DNA from: an uncultured delta proteobacterium
GTDB lineage: Bacteria; Desulfobacterota; Desulfomonilia; Desulfomonilales; Desulfomonilaceae
Assembly (NCBI GenBank): GCA_963789265.1
Contig: CAWBKB010000003.1
Span: 1,097,988-1,161,987, forward strand
Direction of reading: 5' to 3'
DNA: 64,000 bases
The notes beneath the pieces were generated by a model. The model was not told where the DNA came from, searched no databases, and saw only the letters and a list, made by a program, of their open reading frames with translations. Of the stretch, positions 21,668 through 33,002 are shown one piece after another (position 1 is the stretch's first letter; every line of letters begins with the position of its first letter). A program made the position numbers and the translations under genes.

Positions 21668-21775
21668 GTCATTCTCGCGTACGCCGGAATTCACTGTAGG
21701 GGCATCCCTGGTGGGTGCCCGGAAGAGGGCAGACACAAGATCTGCCCCTACAGACCTCGGATCGGAGTCCGGGGC
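21668..21775. repeat. nested REP-like palindromes (GTAG-type inside GTCATT-type)
   Basis: tgtaggggca(21695)...tgcccctaca(21752) flanked by gtcattctcgcgtacgccggaattca and cctcggatcggagtccgggg. Confidence 0.55.
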
Positions 21776-21969
21776 GTCCCCGCGGGACGCGGGGCAAATC
21801 GGTCAAACCTTTTGGCAAAGCCTATAACAAAACCGTATTTGCGAAAAGGAGTACTAAGTGCTGTGCGACCCGTGCTGATGCTGTCCTCGCCGGCTGAACC
21901 CATTGAATTAGACCGGCTTGTGCCTTATCTTTAGTGAGTAAGAATGCTGAAATGCAATGGGGGCAATCG

Positions 21970-22170
21970 ATGAAAACTACCGTTAAAGTCACAGGAATGG
22001 CGTGCAATCACTGCGTCATGGCCGTAAGCAAGGCACTAAATCAAATTGACGGCGTGAGTGACGTACAAGTGGACCTCGATAAAGGCGAAGCGACCCTGGA
22101 ACACGGAACAGCCGTGGAGATGTCTCAAATCAAGCAACAGGTCGAGAAGGCAGGTTATAAACTTGGCTAA
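21970..22170 (+). CDS. copZ: copper chaperone (HMA domain)
   Basis: GMACNHC motif, 66 aa, upstream of P1B ATPase. Confidence 0.92.
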   Translation: MKTTVKVTGMACNHCVMAVSKALNQIDGVSDVQVDLDKGEATLEHGTAVEMSQIKQQVEKAGYKLG

Positions 22171-24629
22171 GGAAACCATTCAGATTCAGGGCATGAGCTG
22201 CGCGGCCTGCGTGCGCCGAGTCGAGCAGGGTTTGAGCACTCTCGCGGGCGTTGATGGCGCTTCGGTCAATTTTGCCACCGAACGGGCTTCTGTCGATTAT
22301 GACCCTGATGCTGTCAGTCCCGCGGCCATGAAAGCAAAGATTCGAGAACTCGGTTACGAAGTGGTCGAGTCTCAACCCAAGTCTGGCGATAAGCTTCAGA
22401 AGACAACTGTCTCTATTGGCGGTATGAGCTGCGCATCTTGTGTTCGGCGAGTGGAAGGCGCACTCAAGGCTTTGCCCGGAGTCAAAGACGCCTCCGCTAA
22501 TTTGGCCACTTCCAAAGCGACCTTGATCCATACCGCGGATCTCTTGAATCTAACTGAAGTGAAGAAAGTGTTAGACGACGCGGGCTATGAATTTCTCGGT
22601 CTCGTCGGTGAGGCGGAAGCCGATCCCATGGAGGCTGCCCGCCGTAAGGACTTGGCCGACCTGAAATTAAAGCTCGTTGTGGGTGCGGTCTCGAGCGTCC
22701 TTATCCACGTGGGGTCCTCTCCTCATTTCTTTTCGTTCCTTCAGATAGTCCCTCATCATTTGATGCTCTTGATCCTTTTTGTCATGACCACCCCTGTAGT
22801 TTTCTGGGTGGGGAGCCGGTTCTTCGTTGGCGCTTACAAGGCCGCCCTGCAGCGAACAACCGACATGAACACTCTGGTGGCTGTGGGCGCGTTTTCGGCA
22901 TACCTTTACTCTTCTCTTGTGACGTTTTTTCCCAAGTTTTTCGAGGCCGCGGGTGTTACACCCCATGTCTACTTTGACGGTGCCGCGATGATCATAACGC
23001 TCATTCTCCTTGGAAGACTCCTTGAAGCAAGGGCCAAAGGCAAGACATCCGAGGCAATGAAAAGACTGATCGGGCTGAAACCCAAGACTGCGCGGCTTAT
23101 CAAGGACGGCCAAGAAATTGACGTTCCGATCGACCTTGTCACAACCAGTGACGTGATACTTGTGAGACCCGGCGAGAAGATCCCCACGGACGGCATCGTG
23201 CTCTCGGGCATATCCGCTGTTGACGAGTCCATGTTGACCGGTGAAAGCATCCCGGTAGGCAAGGAAGTCGGCAACGAGGTTTTTGGAGCCACAATAAACA
23301 AGAGCGGAAGCTTCACATTCCGGGCCACCAAAGTAGGAGCGGACACGGCACTCGCCCAGATTATCCGACTGGTGGAAGAAGCCCAGGGCTCAAAGGCTCC
23401 CATACAACGAATTGCCGACAGAGTGGCTTCTATTTTCGTGCCGGTGGTTTTCGGCATCGCGACCTTGACCTTCGTGGTGTGGTATTTTCTCGTGCCCGAA
23501 CCACTTTTCAGCCGAGCCTTGTTGAATTTCGTCTCGGTGTTGATCATCTCGTGTCCGTGCGCAATGGGATTGGCGACGCCGACCGCGATAATGGTGGGCA
23601 CAGGATTGGGGGCCGAGAAGGGCATCTTGATAAAGGGCGGAGAGAGTCTCGAAAAGGCTTACAAGCTAACCGCGGTGGTGTTTGACAAGACCGGGACACT
23701 GACAAAGGGTGAGCCCGCTGTTACAGAGATTCTGCCCGCGGACGGAGTGCTGCCGGAGGAGCTGTTGAAGATTGCTTTTTCCATTGAGGCGGTGTCCGAG
23801 CACCCCTTGGCACAGGCCATTATTGAAAAAGGCCGCTCTCAAGGATTGGAGCCCCTGCCCCTGAAGGACTTCGAAGCTTTGTCAGGACTTGGAGTAAAAG
23901 GGATTGTCGAAGAGAAAAAAGTTTCTGCTGGGAAACTTGCGGCTGATGGAGCAGCAAGGAATGCACATGAACGGCTTGGACGCCCAAGCGGCCCAATTGC
24001 TCCAAGAAGGAAAGACCTCTGTTTTCGTTGCCCAACAGGGGCAGGTCATGGGCCTCATCGGCCTATCCGACACCCCCCGGGAATCTGCCCGTGAAACGGT
24101 AAATGCCCTAAAGAATATGGGCCTCAAAGTTATGATGATAACCGGGGATAATCGCGAAACAGCGCGAGCCGTCGCGGAGGCGGTGGGCATACAAGAAGTG
24201 TTGGCGGAAGTGTTGCCCGGCGATAAGGCTGCCGAGATAACCAGGCTTCAACAGAACGGACAAGTCGTTGCAATGGTAGGTGACGGCATAAATGACGCGC
24301 CGGCTTTGACGGCCGCGGATATTGGGATTGCGCTCGGCGCCGGGACTGACGTGGCGATGGAAGCCGGGGACATCACCCTGATCAAGAATGATTTACGGCT
24401 CGTCCCTTCTGCAATAAAGCTTTCGTTCAAGACTATGAAGGTTATCAAGCAGAATCTGTTTTGGGCCTTTTTCTACAATTCGCTGGGAATTCCGATTGCC
24501 GCGGGGGTTCTGTATCCATTCTTCGGGATTCTATTAAACCCGGTATTTGCGGCCGCGGCCATGGCATTCAGCTCGGTGTCCGTCGTAAGTAATTCGCTTC
24601 GCTTAAGGTGGTCCGGAGCGGCAGACTGA
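22163..24629 (+). CDS. copA: Cu(I)-exporting P1B-type ATPase; +1 frameshift near 23922-23924
   Basis: Two GMSCxxC, TGES, CPC, DKTGT, HP, GDGIND, YN and MAFSS motifs split over two frames. Confidence 0.92.
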
Positions 24630-24740
24630 GGGCGCATCTCCTTTCAACGAAAAGCCGTCAACTCCGGCACGGATCCGACAAAGTCTTCCGCGGAACGCGG
24701 GATGGCACCCGCAACCTGATGCGACCGAATGCCCGGTGCA

Positions 24741-24779
24741 ACTGACCTGAGTGCCGTCTTAACGGGCACTCAGGTCAGT
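24741..24779. terminator. 15-bp perfect hairpin between convergent copA and dsrK-like genes
   Basis: actgacctgagtgcc / ggcactcaggtcagt. Confidence 0.6.
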
Positions 24780-24820
24780 GCTGTCTTCCCGTCAACCGAT
24801 TCTCACTCTTTAATAGCGGA

Positions 24821-26448
24821 CTATTCGTCGTCTTCGTCATCCGGCCATTCAATGAAAGGCTTTTCCTGATCGACCATAGCATTGACCATGAGTTCCACCA
24901 GGCCGGTGTACCAAATGCCCGTCTTCTCAAAGACCTCGTAATGTTCGAAAAGACTTCGGGTTTGGCCCTTGCAGTTGGAGCACGGTGCGCACACCATCTT
25001 GCGAATGGACGGATCCATCTCCCCTTGGAAGGCGTTCAGGTATTGGGTCAGTTTTTTCCTTCCCGACACCAGCCGCCTCCAATCCGGAAAATTCCCCGAC
25101 TCAATGATGGCGAATCCGGACCCACCTCCGCAACAGTAGTTTTCGACTCCATGCGGGGTCATTTCTCGGAACCGCCCCGGGGGAAAGATGGCGTTCAGAA
25201 TATTCCTCTGAGGTTGAACTATTCCCATAATGCGCACGACATTGCACGGATCGTGAAGTGTGACGGGAAAGTCGTTCTTATTCGGGTCAAACTTTATTTT
25301 GCCGGTCTTTACTATGTCCCATAGCAAAGGGAACGAACTTTCCCTCGGGACGAGCTGCTCGCCCGGGAGGAGTCGGTCCGCGATAACAGTGAGGGCCTTG
25401 TGAGCGTGCCCGCACTCGCCGATGACTATCTTTCTCACTCCAAGATTTCGTGCCACTTCGAGGTGCTTCAAAGCTACTCTGGCAAATTGGACGTCATCGT
25501 AAAAGAGCCCGTAGTTCACGGCATCGTATCCAAGCAGTTCCGTGGAAAGTGTATAGTCGATCCCGGCGGCATCGAAGAGGATGGCGAAGGACATAGGATT
25601 TTCTGGCCATGCCATAAATTCGCCTGCATTGTGCAAGAGTAGGTACGTCGGCACCTTTCTTGTTAAGAGGGATTTTGATCTTCTTCCCCGTCTTTTCTTC
25701 GATGTCGTCTTCGAGATACTCAATGATGTCTTCAACAGCCGCCTTGATCATGCCCGTGCTGGAACCGAATTTCAGGTGTTTTACCGAACCCTTTTCGTGA
25801 AGCTCCGCGGGTGCGATTCCCAGTTCCTGGCTAAAGATCTTCCTCAACTCATGCGTGATCAGCATGTTGTCTACCCCTACGGGGCACACCTGAGTGCATC
25901 GGCGGCACATCGAGCACCGATAGGCCAATTCGGCAAGTCGAGCGACGGTTTCCCAGTTGAGATCAATGTCATGCCCTCGGAAGCCCGCAAGGAGCCTTCC
26001 TCCTGTCGAGAGATATTTTTTGGCGATTTTCCGTAGCACGTCTGCACGAAAGGTCGGCCGGTACATGTCTTGTCGGCCGCTCATCTCATATACTTGGCAA
26101 GCTTCGGAACAGGTTCTGGCACTTGGCGCAATATTCCAGGGAGAGCGTGAGAGGCTGAAGGAACGCCCAGTTATTCTCTTTGGTCAGCAGTTTTCGAAAG
26201 CCTTCGAGGAACGCTTCCACGAGCTTTTGCTCTTCTTCCGGAGTCTCCGGCTTGGGTAGATTCAAGGCACTGACTCCGTCAAGAGAATGCTCCCAGCGTT
26301 GCTTCTGGTCTTCAGTAAGCTCCGTAATGGGTTTTTCCACATAATTCTCGTACGGAGGCGGTAGCGGGGGAAGATCCTCAATCTTAACTTCTCCCAACTG
26401 TTCGGTCTCTTTCGATATATCCTCAGGTTTCATCTGACGTCCTCTCAT
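24821..26448 (-). CDS. DsrK/HmeD-like Fe-S, CCG-domain heterodisulfide reductase subunit; frameshifts near 26114 and 25646
   Basis: Repaired CAKCQTCSEAC, CSMCRRCTQVCP, ECGHA, HDPCN, CCGGGSG, CSNCKGQ. Confidence 0.85.
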
Positions 26449-27377
26449 TTCTGATCTTCATCCTTTTGCCAAGGATTCGAAGTGGCCACATCGGCCCAGG
26501 TTTTCTTTCCGCCTTCAGCCCCTATGTGAGGAGCAGCCCATGTTACGGGATACGCGAGATATTTCTTAATCTTTGAATCCATGCCCGGTTGGCCGATATT
26601 CGGTCTGTCATCCCACTTGACCTTGTCCCACATGAAATACTTGGAAACCATGTGAGTCATGTGAGTGAAAGGAAAATACGCCCAAAAACCTATGAAGAGG
26701 AGCAGGTTAAGAATGTGAATACCGCTCATCGCACCAGTCATAGGCTTAAATGTGATCAAGCTTACCAGGTACTCACGCGAAACTACGAAGCCGGGATCGC
26801 TTATCCATACCAGGAAGCCTGTAACAAAGATTGCACCCAGCCAAACAAGATTCATATAGTCGATGCCCGCCGTAAAATCGGTCATGTTAGGGTCGGTCAT
26901 TCGTTTCATAATCAATCCGATCGCGCCGATTGTGCCGAGCACAAATCCTATGATCGCGAGAACGGTCGTCAGGGCCTGCACAAAGCCCGCCAGAGCAGAC
27001 GGACCGGGAACCAGGTGGGCAATCTGGAGAAACGCTCCTATGACAAGGAAAACCAAACCTCCAATGCTCAGATACAGCCCCATGTGAAACGGAAAAGACC
27101 AATACCAAAGGGGGCGGTTATCCTCATAAAGGGCCCGGATAAAGAGGATTTCGGGAACCATGAATTTGTACTGCTCAATATGGTGTTTGTGCCGTTCCTT
27201 TGTCCAATGATCGATCTCTTCGTAAAAGGAGCCACCGTAGGCTTTAGCCTCGTGGGGAACAGGGTATAGTTCCCAGCGAACATGCATGGGCATTGTGGCA
27301 TACTTGATTAATTTGACGGCAAACGCCACGACAAATACCATGCCGCTCGCGTACGTCAACAGTTTAAGAACGACCAT
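26445..27377 (-). CDS. DsrM/NarI-like membrane cytochrome b subunit
   Basis: Multiple TM helices, RWELYPVPHE, FHMG, PFTHMTHM heme-ligand pattern; overlaps dsrK-like start. Confidence 0.85.
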   Translation of the reverse strand: MVVLKLLTYASGMVFVVAFAVKLIKYATMPMHVRWELYPVPHEAKAYGGSFYEEIDHWTKERHKHHIEQYKFMVPEILFIRALYEDNRPLWYWSFPFHMGLYLSIGGLVFLVIGAFLQIAHLVPGPSALAGFVQALTTVLAIIGFVLGTIGAIGLIMKRMTDPNMTDFTAGIDYMNLVWLGAIFVTGFLVWISDPGFVVSREYLVSLITFKPMTGAMSGIHILNLLLFIGFWAYFPFTHMTHMVSKYFMWDKVKWDDRPNIGQPGMDSKIKKYLAYPVTWAAPHIGAEGGKKTWADVATSNPWQKDEDQK

Positions 27378-27491
27378 CTCGCTGCTCCTTTCAGGATTTT
27401 CTTGTTTATGAGTAATCGAGCGATGGGGAGAAATACCATCTATCTTTTACCATGTTCGCAAAAATTTTTCTAGAGTTTTCCTACCGTTGTT

Positions 27492-27613
27492 GTAACCATT
27501 GAGTCTTGTGGGGCAGGCTTTCCAGCCTGCCGGGGAAACCTCGGTTCAGTGGCGGGCTAGAAAGCCCACCGCGCGAAGCCATCCGCTACTTCCGGCTGTA
27601 ACTCAATGCTTAC
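27492..27613. mobile_element. 122-bp MITE with 13-bp TIRs and 8-bp target-site duplication, REP-like cargo
   Basis: TIR gtaaccattgagt / actcaatgcttac; DR ccgttgtt at 27484-27491 and 27614-27621; internal ggcaggctttccagcctgcc palindrome. Confidence 0.8.
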
Positions 27614-27924
27614 CCGTTGTTGTCTGCTTTTCTAGCCGGTGAGACAAATTCTTGCCTGTTCTTAAAGTGTGTATATTTGCCGGCCGTCAAGCACAAAGAG
27701 GCAGACCCGTCAGGACCGCTTTCCTAAAGGAGCCGGGCGGCTTCAAGCGAACGAGAAATTTTGTCGAGCGCTTCAAATGTGGAGAGTCGTCCCGCGGAGA
27801 GGTATAAGCAGCAAAGAGAGGAATAGGAATCGGGCTGGAATCAAAGAATTTCTCCTAAGGTCAGCTATCTCACACGGGCAAATACGGCTGGACTAATCAC
27901 GAGCAATTGAAATCCATGATGATT

Positions 27925-29157
27925 TCAATACTCGCCCGCTTGCTGATCGTTCCTTTCTCTTTCCCACTCTGAGTAATCGTACGCATCCGAGGCTGCTGCC
28001 TCCTCAGTTATTTCAGGAAGTAGCTCGTCAGCGAAATCCGCTCGGAAGAACGCATTGACCCACTCTTGCCCCCACGGGTCGTCTTCAAGAAAGTAGCGAA
28101 GTTCTTCAACTCCCTTTAGATTGTGAAATTCGACCCATCCGTCCCGGTCGTTCATGAGAGTGAGTTCCTCGGGCTTGTCGTCGGACCAGTCAATGAAATA
28201 AGGCGAATGGGAACTCATCAGCACTTGTTTTGCGGGATTTGCCGTGGCAAATCTGTGCATGAGCCCGTAAAGGACTCTGAGCCTGTTCGGATTGAGATAC
28301 GTTTCCGGCTCCTCGATAAAGAAGATGCGAGGCTGATCGGGCAGATTGAACAGAGTGCAAAGGGCCAAGAATACGAGGAAGCCGTCCGACAATTGCGGTC
28401 CGACGAAATAGCCGGATTTGCTATCCTCTTCCACGCCTATCCCCACTTGATGCGGATCTCCCAGGTGGGGAGTGAAAATTCGACAAATTCCTGGAACGCT
28501 GCGCTTCACTTCCTGGACAATCTTTTGGAAGTTTACAGGATGATTCCTCTCAAGGTGGTGTATCACCGCGGCCAGATTTTCACCTGTGTGGTCCAGAAGA
28601 TAGGAATCCTGTACTGCCGACGGCTTCTTGATCAGATCGGGAATGAAGCGGTACCGTTTTATTTTTGATAGATACTGCGCAACGGAGCGAATCCTCTTTT
28701 CCGCCTCGTTCCATGCATGGCCTTTCCTCATCTGGGCCATTTTGGACTCTCTGGCTTTCACATCTGAAATGGTGAATAGGATCTCTCCCTGTACTTCCTG
28801 AAGAGTTTCTTCCTTGATGAGGTATTCGTTCCGACGGATTTCCGTGAAGATGAGCGTGTAAGTATAATTTACACCCTCCACTTCCAAGGTCACTTCGAAG
28901 TGAAGATCCAGGTCCTGCGGATTCGAATCGCCTTTTTCCCGCCGGCTCAGAGTCTGACGGAATGTAAAGGGCCCCGGACCGAACGCGCTGCTGAAGGGCC
29001 CGGAAGACAAAAAGCTCATCATCAGGAGGAAATTGCCAAGATTAGATTTTCCGGTCCCGTTAGGCCCGATGAAAATATTCAACGGCCTGACTTCAAATTC
29101 AGCATCCCGGAAATTCTTGAAATTCTTGATGCGGATGCTCTTGATCATGTCCCCCAC
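27925..29157 (-). CDS. AAA_21/AAA_15-type ABC-like ATPase
   Basis: IKNFKNF, GPNGTGKSN, LSDG, IEEPE, SSHSP. Confidence 0.88.
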   Translation of the reverse strand: MGDMIKSIRIKNFKNFRDAEFEVRPLNIFIGPNGTGKSNLGNFLLMMSFLSSGPFSSAFGPGPFTFRQTLSRREKGDSNPQDLDLHFEVTLEVEGVNYTYTLIFTEIRRNEYLIKEETLQEVQGEILFTISDVKARESKMAQMRKGHAWNEAEKRIRSVAQYLSKIKRYRFIPDLIKKPSAVQDSYLLDHTGENLAAVIHHLERNHPVNFQKIVQEVKRSVPGICRIFTPHLGDPHQVGIGVEEDSKSGYFVGPQLSDGFLVFLALCTLFNLPDQPRIFFIEEPETYLNPNRLRVLYGLMHRFATANPAKQVLMSSHSPYFIDWSDDKPEELTLMNDRDGWVEFHNLKGVEELRYFLEDDPWGQEWVNAFFRADFADELLPEITEEAAASDAYDYSEWERERNDQQAGEY

Positions 29158-29625
29158 TCTCCCTTCTTAATAATATCCTTGCCGTACACGAGCCCCTTGA
29201 ATTCTTTCATGGGAAGGAACGCGTGGTGCGCAAAGCGGCCTCGTTGGTACGGCATGCTAGTACCGAGGAGAGGTCCCCTCACGGCCTGCGCCCGCCGAAG
29301 ATAACAGCACCGTTCAATCATTTGATCACTTTTCGGCCGGCCTAAATTTCTGAACCTTGGTTTCAGCGGCTGAAACTGCCTCCCGGCTATTTTTGATTCT
29401 TTGTCTGAGATTAATGCACTTTCAAAATCTCCCTACGCTCTCTTTATTAAAGGGGAAGGGGTATTTATATTATTTGTTTGAAAGAGCATCGGTATTACAA
29501 CCGCTTGTGCACAATCGGCCCCGGCACGCCTACGGCCCTTAACAAGCGCGTCGTGGATTGACGAAAAACTACCATTAGGCACAGCTCATCCTGGGCCGCG
29601 CGTCTGCATCATCTCAGAGAGAGAT

Positions 29626-30633
29626 CTACTTCTCGTCCAGCGGTGATGAAATCCAGCTCATCATTGACCGAAGACGCTCTCCCACTACCTCAATGGGGTG
29701 CGCATCTCCCAGTCGTTTCAGGGCCTTGAATCTGGGACGCCCCGCCAAATTTTCCAATATCCACTCGCGGGCAAATTCCCCTGAGCGGATCTCGGATAAA
29801 ATTTCTTTCATCTCTGATCTGGTGCGATCATCAACGATGCGCGGTCCTCGTGTCATATCTCCATATTCGGCAGTATTGCTGACAGAGTACCGCATGCGCC
29901 CGATACCGCCTTCGTAGATGAGGTCCACTATGAGTTTTAGTTCATGAAGACACTCAAAGTAGGCGATTTCGGGCTGATATCCGGCCTCCACTAACGTCTC
30001 GAAACCGGCCTGAACCAAGGCCGTTACTCCACCGCACAGGACTGCTTGCTCTCCGAAAAGGTCCGTCTCGGTCTCTTCTGCAAAAGTGGTTTCGATCACG
30101 CCCGCTCTGGTCGCGCCCAAGGCTCGCGCGTAAGCCATTCCGATGTTCCTGCACTCCCCTCCGGCATCCTGATGGATAGCAAGCAAAGCGGGCACCCCGA
30201 ATCCAGTCTTGTACATACGGCGTACCAGGTGTCCGGGCCCTTTTGGCGCCACCATGAAGACATCTGTGTCCGTGGGAGGGTCGATCTGCCCGAAATGGAT
30301 ATTGAATCCGTGCGCGAAGGCCAAGGCCTTGCCTCTAGCCAGGGCGGGTTCAATTTTTTCTCTGTAAAGGGCAGCTTGCAGCTCATCGGGGACCAGAATC
30401 ATTATCACGTCGGCAACGTCGGCTGCCTGATTCACCTCCAGCACTTCCAGTCCGTCCTGGCCCACCTTGTCCCAGCGGCGACTTTGGCGATGGAGTCCCA
30501 CGACTACCTTAACGCCTGAATCGTTAAGATTCAAAGCATGAGCATGCCCCTGGCTGCCGTAGCCTATAATGGCCACAGTTTTTCCGGCCAGGGCCGCTGG
30601 ATCTGCGTCCCGGTCATAGAATATTGTTGCCAA
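29626..30633 (-). CDS. ilvC: ketol-acid reductoisomerase
   Basis: [39 protein letters not shown]. Confidence 0.98.
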   Translation of the reverse strand: MATIFYDRDADPAALAGKTVAIIGYGSQGHAHALNLNDSGVKVVVGLHRQSRRWDKVGQDGLEVLEVNQAADVADVIMILVPDELQAALYREKIEPALARGKALAFAHGFNIHFGQIDPPTDTDVFMVAPKGPGHLVRRMYKTGFGVPALLAIHQDAGGECRNIGMAYARALGATRAGVIETTFAEETETDLFGEQAVLCGGVTALVQAGFETLVEAGYQPEIAYFECLHELKLIVDLIYEGGIGRMRYSVSNTAEYGDMTRGPRIVDDRTRSEMKEILSEIRSGEFAREWILENLAGRPRFKALKRLGDAHPIEVVGERLRSMMSWISSPLDEK

Positions 30634-30806
30634 ATTTACTCCTCAAAAGCTGAGATTGAGTCCACTTCATAATTTGCGACCGGATTGTATCAAAAACGTG
30701 GATCATCTTCAAGAAATGCCTATCAATTTTTTAACTCTTCTCCCCTCGATGCGCGAGGATAGTAGATTTTGAAGCGTTTCCAGCGTAAACAAAGGCTGTT
30801 TTTGTT

Positions 30807-31829
30807 TTATTTGGCTGCACCCACTTCCACTTGGACCCCGGAAGAGCGTCTCAATTTCTCTTCCTTGAAAACATGCTTCGGAGTCTCCAAAAGGACCGTG
30901 TTATCCGGGGGGACTGAAGAGGTAAGCCACACGTTGCCGCCTATAACGCACCGCGCCCCAATGACTGTTTCTCCTCCAAGGATAGTTGCTTGGGCGTATA
31001 TTGTGACATCGTCTTCAATGGTCGGGTGCCGTTTTCTGCCTCTCAAGTAGTTGCCGCCTTCCGATCCTCGCGGCACAGATAGAGCCCCGAGGGTCACTCC
31101 CTGGTAGATGCGAACGCGGTCTCCAATATCTGTAGTTTCGCCAATGACTACACCGGTTCCGTGGTCGATAAAAAAATCCGAACCTATTTTGGCTCCAGGG
31201 TGAATGTCTATACCCGTGCGTGAATGCGCGTGCTCCGTCATGATGCGCGGCATTAGAGGTATGTCGCGAATAAAAAGCTCATGAGCCACCCTGTAAACAA
31301 AGATCGCAAATAGACCCGGATAGCAAAACACAATCTCGTCCAAGCTCTTGGACGCAGGATCGCCATCGTAGTGAGCTCGAACATCCCGAGCTAGTTTGCA
31401 TCGCAACTCCGGCACCTTTTCCAGGAATGTCACGGCCTCTTCCCGCCCTTTTCGTATGCATTGAACACAGAGACTCTCCATACGCCGGCACTCGTGGCGT
31501 ATACTCCGGGAGATCTGAGCCGCAAGCAGATCGTGAAGAACCATCAATTCGCTCCCGAGATGATATTCGAGAGTAGAATGTGTCAACTCCTGCCGCCCGA
31601 AAAAGCCAGGGAATAGAACATCCTGGAGCATATCCAGGCTGCGGATAATTTCAGCTTTGGAGGGGATCAAAGCGGCCCCCACGTGATCTACGGTTCTCTC
31701 ATCTGCACACGACTGTACCGTAGCTGCGATCGCGGCGTTCAAGCGATCTTCCTGCAAAGGAATGAGAATATCTTCTTCGAATTCACAGAAACTCTGCCCC
31801 CTTAACGCCGTGTCCACCCGATCTGTCAT
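30807..31829 (-). CDS. cysE: serine O-acetyltransferase
   Basis: GDPASKS, TGIDIHPGA, DHGTGVVIGET, YQGVTLGA, KRHPT; start uncertain. Confidence 0.92.
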   Translation of the reverse strand: MTDRVDTALRGQSFCEFEEDILIPLQEDRLNAAIAATVQSCADERTVDHVGAALIPSKAEIIRSLDMLQDVLFPGFFGRQELTHSTLEYHLGSELMVLHDLLAAQISRSIRHECRRMESLCVQCIRKGREEAVTFLEKVPELRCKLARDVRAHYDGDPASKSLDEIVFCYPGLFAIFVYRVAHELFIRDIPLMPRIMTEHAHSRTGIDIHPGAKIGSDFFIDHGTGVVIGETTDIGDRVRIYQGVTLGALSVPRGSEGGNYLRGRKRHPTIEDDVTIYAQATILGGETVIGARCVIGGNVWLTSSVPPDNTVLLETPKHVFKEEKLRRSSGVQVEVGAAK

Positions 31830-31971
31830 CGTCGGCCTCGCCCGTTGTAATACTGTTCCGCCGCGCCTTCCGGCGCGTCGAACGTCAACATCTTCTACAT
31901 ATAATAACACGTAATGGTGTTAGAAGCTTGGCCATTAATTGCCCGAGCCGTGTTGCGAACTGCCGTGGACT

Positions 31972-32263
31972 TCACTTCCCGGGAGGTTCTTTGACAGCAT
32001 AGGCGGGGGGACTGATGGATTCGGACCGGCAAACAGGGCAGCGACTCGGGGTGGTGAAGCGTTGGCGTTTTTTGAAAACAAACCCGCAGTTGAGGCAGCG
32101 CGCAGCTCGGCAGATCAGGGCTGATCGCTTGCGCAGGGACCGTTCTATGTGGGGGAGGTGTTCGGTACACCTCTTTTTCGCGGATTCCCAGCAGACGGGA
32201 AACGTCCCTTGCCGTCAACTCGCTTTCTCGAAGCATTTGCAATAATCTCTGACGTATGGTCAG
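31972..32263 (-). CDS. HTH + Zn-ribbon transcriptional regulator (~96 aa); +1 frameshift at 32164-32165; apparent CTG start
   Basis: Repaired: TIRQRLL...EKEVYEHLPHI...CLNCGFVF...PSRCPVCRSE; AAGGAGG RBS 6 nt before CTG. Confidence 0.8.
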
Positions 32264-32403
32264 GGAATTCCTCCTTGCACCGCGTCGGGGGTAAACCTTT
32301 CGTTCTTGACAACTTGTGGCATTTTCGTAGAGGATAACTTCTCCGGCATAATCACGGCAACGATTTTCCCTCACAGCCAATAAACCGTTTCACGGAGGAA
32401 CTT

Positions 32404-32877
32404 ATGGCCCAGAGATCGTTGAACAAGGTGCTTTTGCTTGGCAATCTGGGCAAGGACCCTGAGGTAAGGTATACTTCATCGGGCAGGGCCGTGGCCACTT
32501 TCACACTCGCTACATCGCAGCAGTGGCGCGATCAGGATGGTAATGACCAGGAAAGGACTGAGTGGCACCGCGTCGTCGCTTGGGGTCGTCTAGGCGAAAT
32601 ATGCGGTGAATACCTGAGTAAAGGTAAGCAGGTGTTTATTGAAGGGCGTATCCAGAGCCGTGAATGGGAGGACCAGGAAGGCAACAAGAGAACCACGGTG
32701 GAGATCATAGCAAATGACATGATAATGTTGGGTGGAGGGAGCTCTTACCAAAGCCGCGAACCTGGTGAAGGTCAGAGACGGCAACCCTCGTCCCAATCCC
32801 GAGGGCCGGCTCAAACCGGCAAGAAAGAAAACGGCCGATCCCAACCTCCGCCGCCGGAGGATGACATCCCCTTCTAG
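32404..32877 (+). CDS. ssb: single-stranded DNA-binding protein
   Basis: [22 protein letters not shown]-terminal DDIPF. Confidence 0.98.
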   Translation: MAQRSLNKVLLLGNLGKDPEVRYTSSGRAVATFTLATSQQWRDQDGNDQERTEWHRVVAWGRLGEICGEYLSKGKQVFIEGRIQSREWEDQEGNKRTTVEIIANDMIMLGGGSSYQSREPGEGQRRQPSSQSRGPAQTGKKENGRSQPPPPEDDIPF

Positions 32878-33002
32878 AGACTCGGGATAATCAGTTTCCA
32901 CTTGAATACCGGGCCGTTCCTGACTGGCAAGATCAGATGGTGTTGAAGGCGCGATAATATAGGTTACCCAAAACAATATTCTTTCAGCCCAAAGGAGGTT
33001 CC

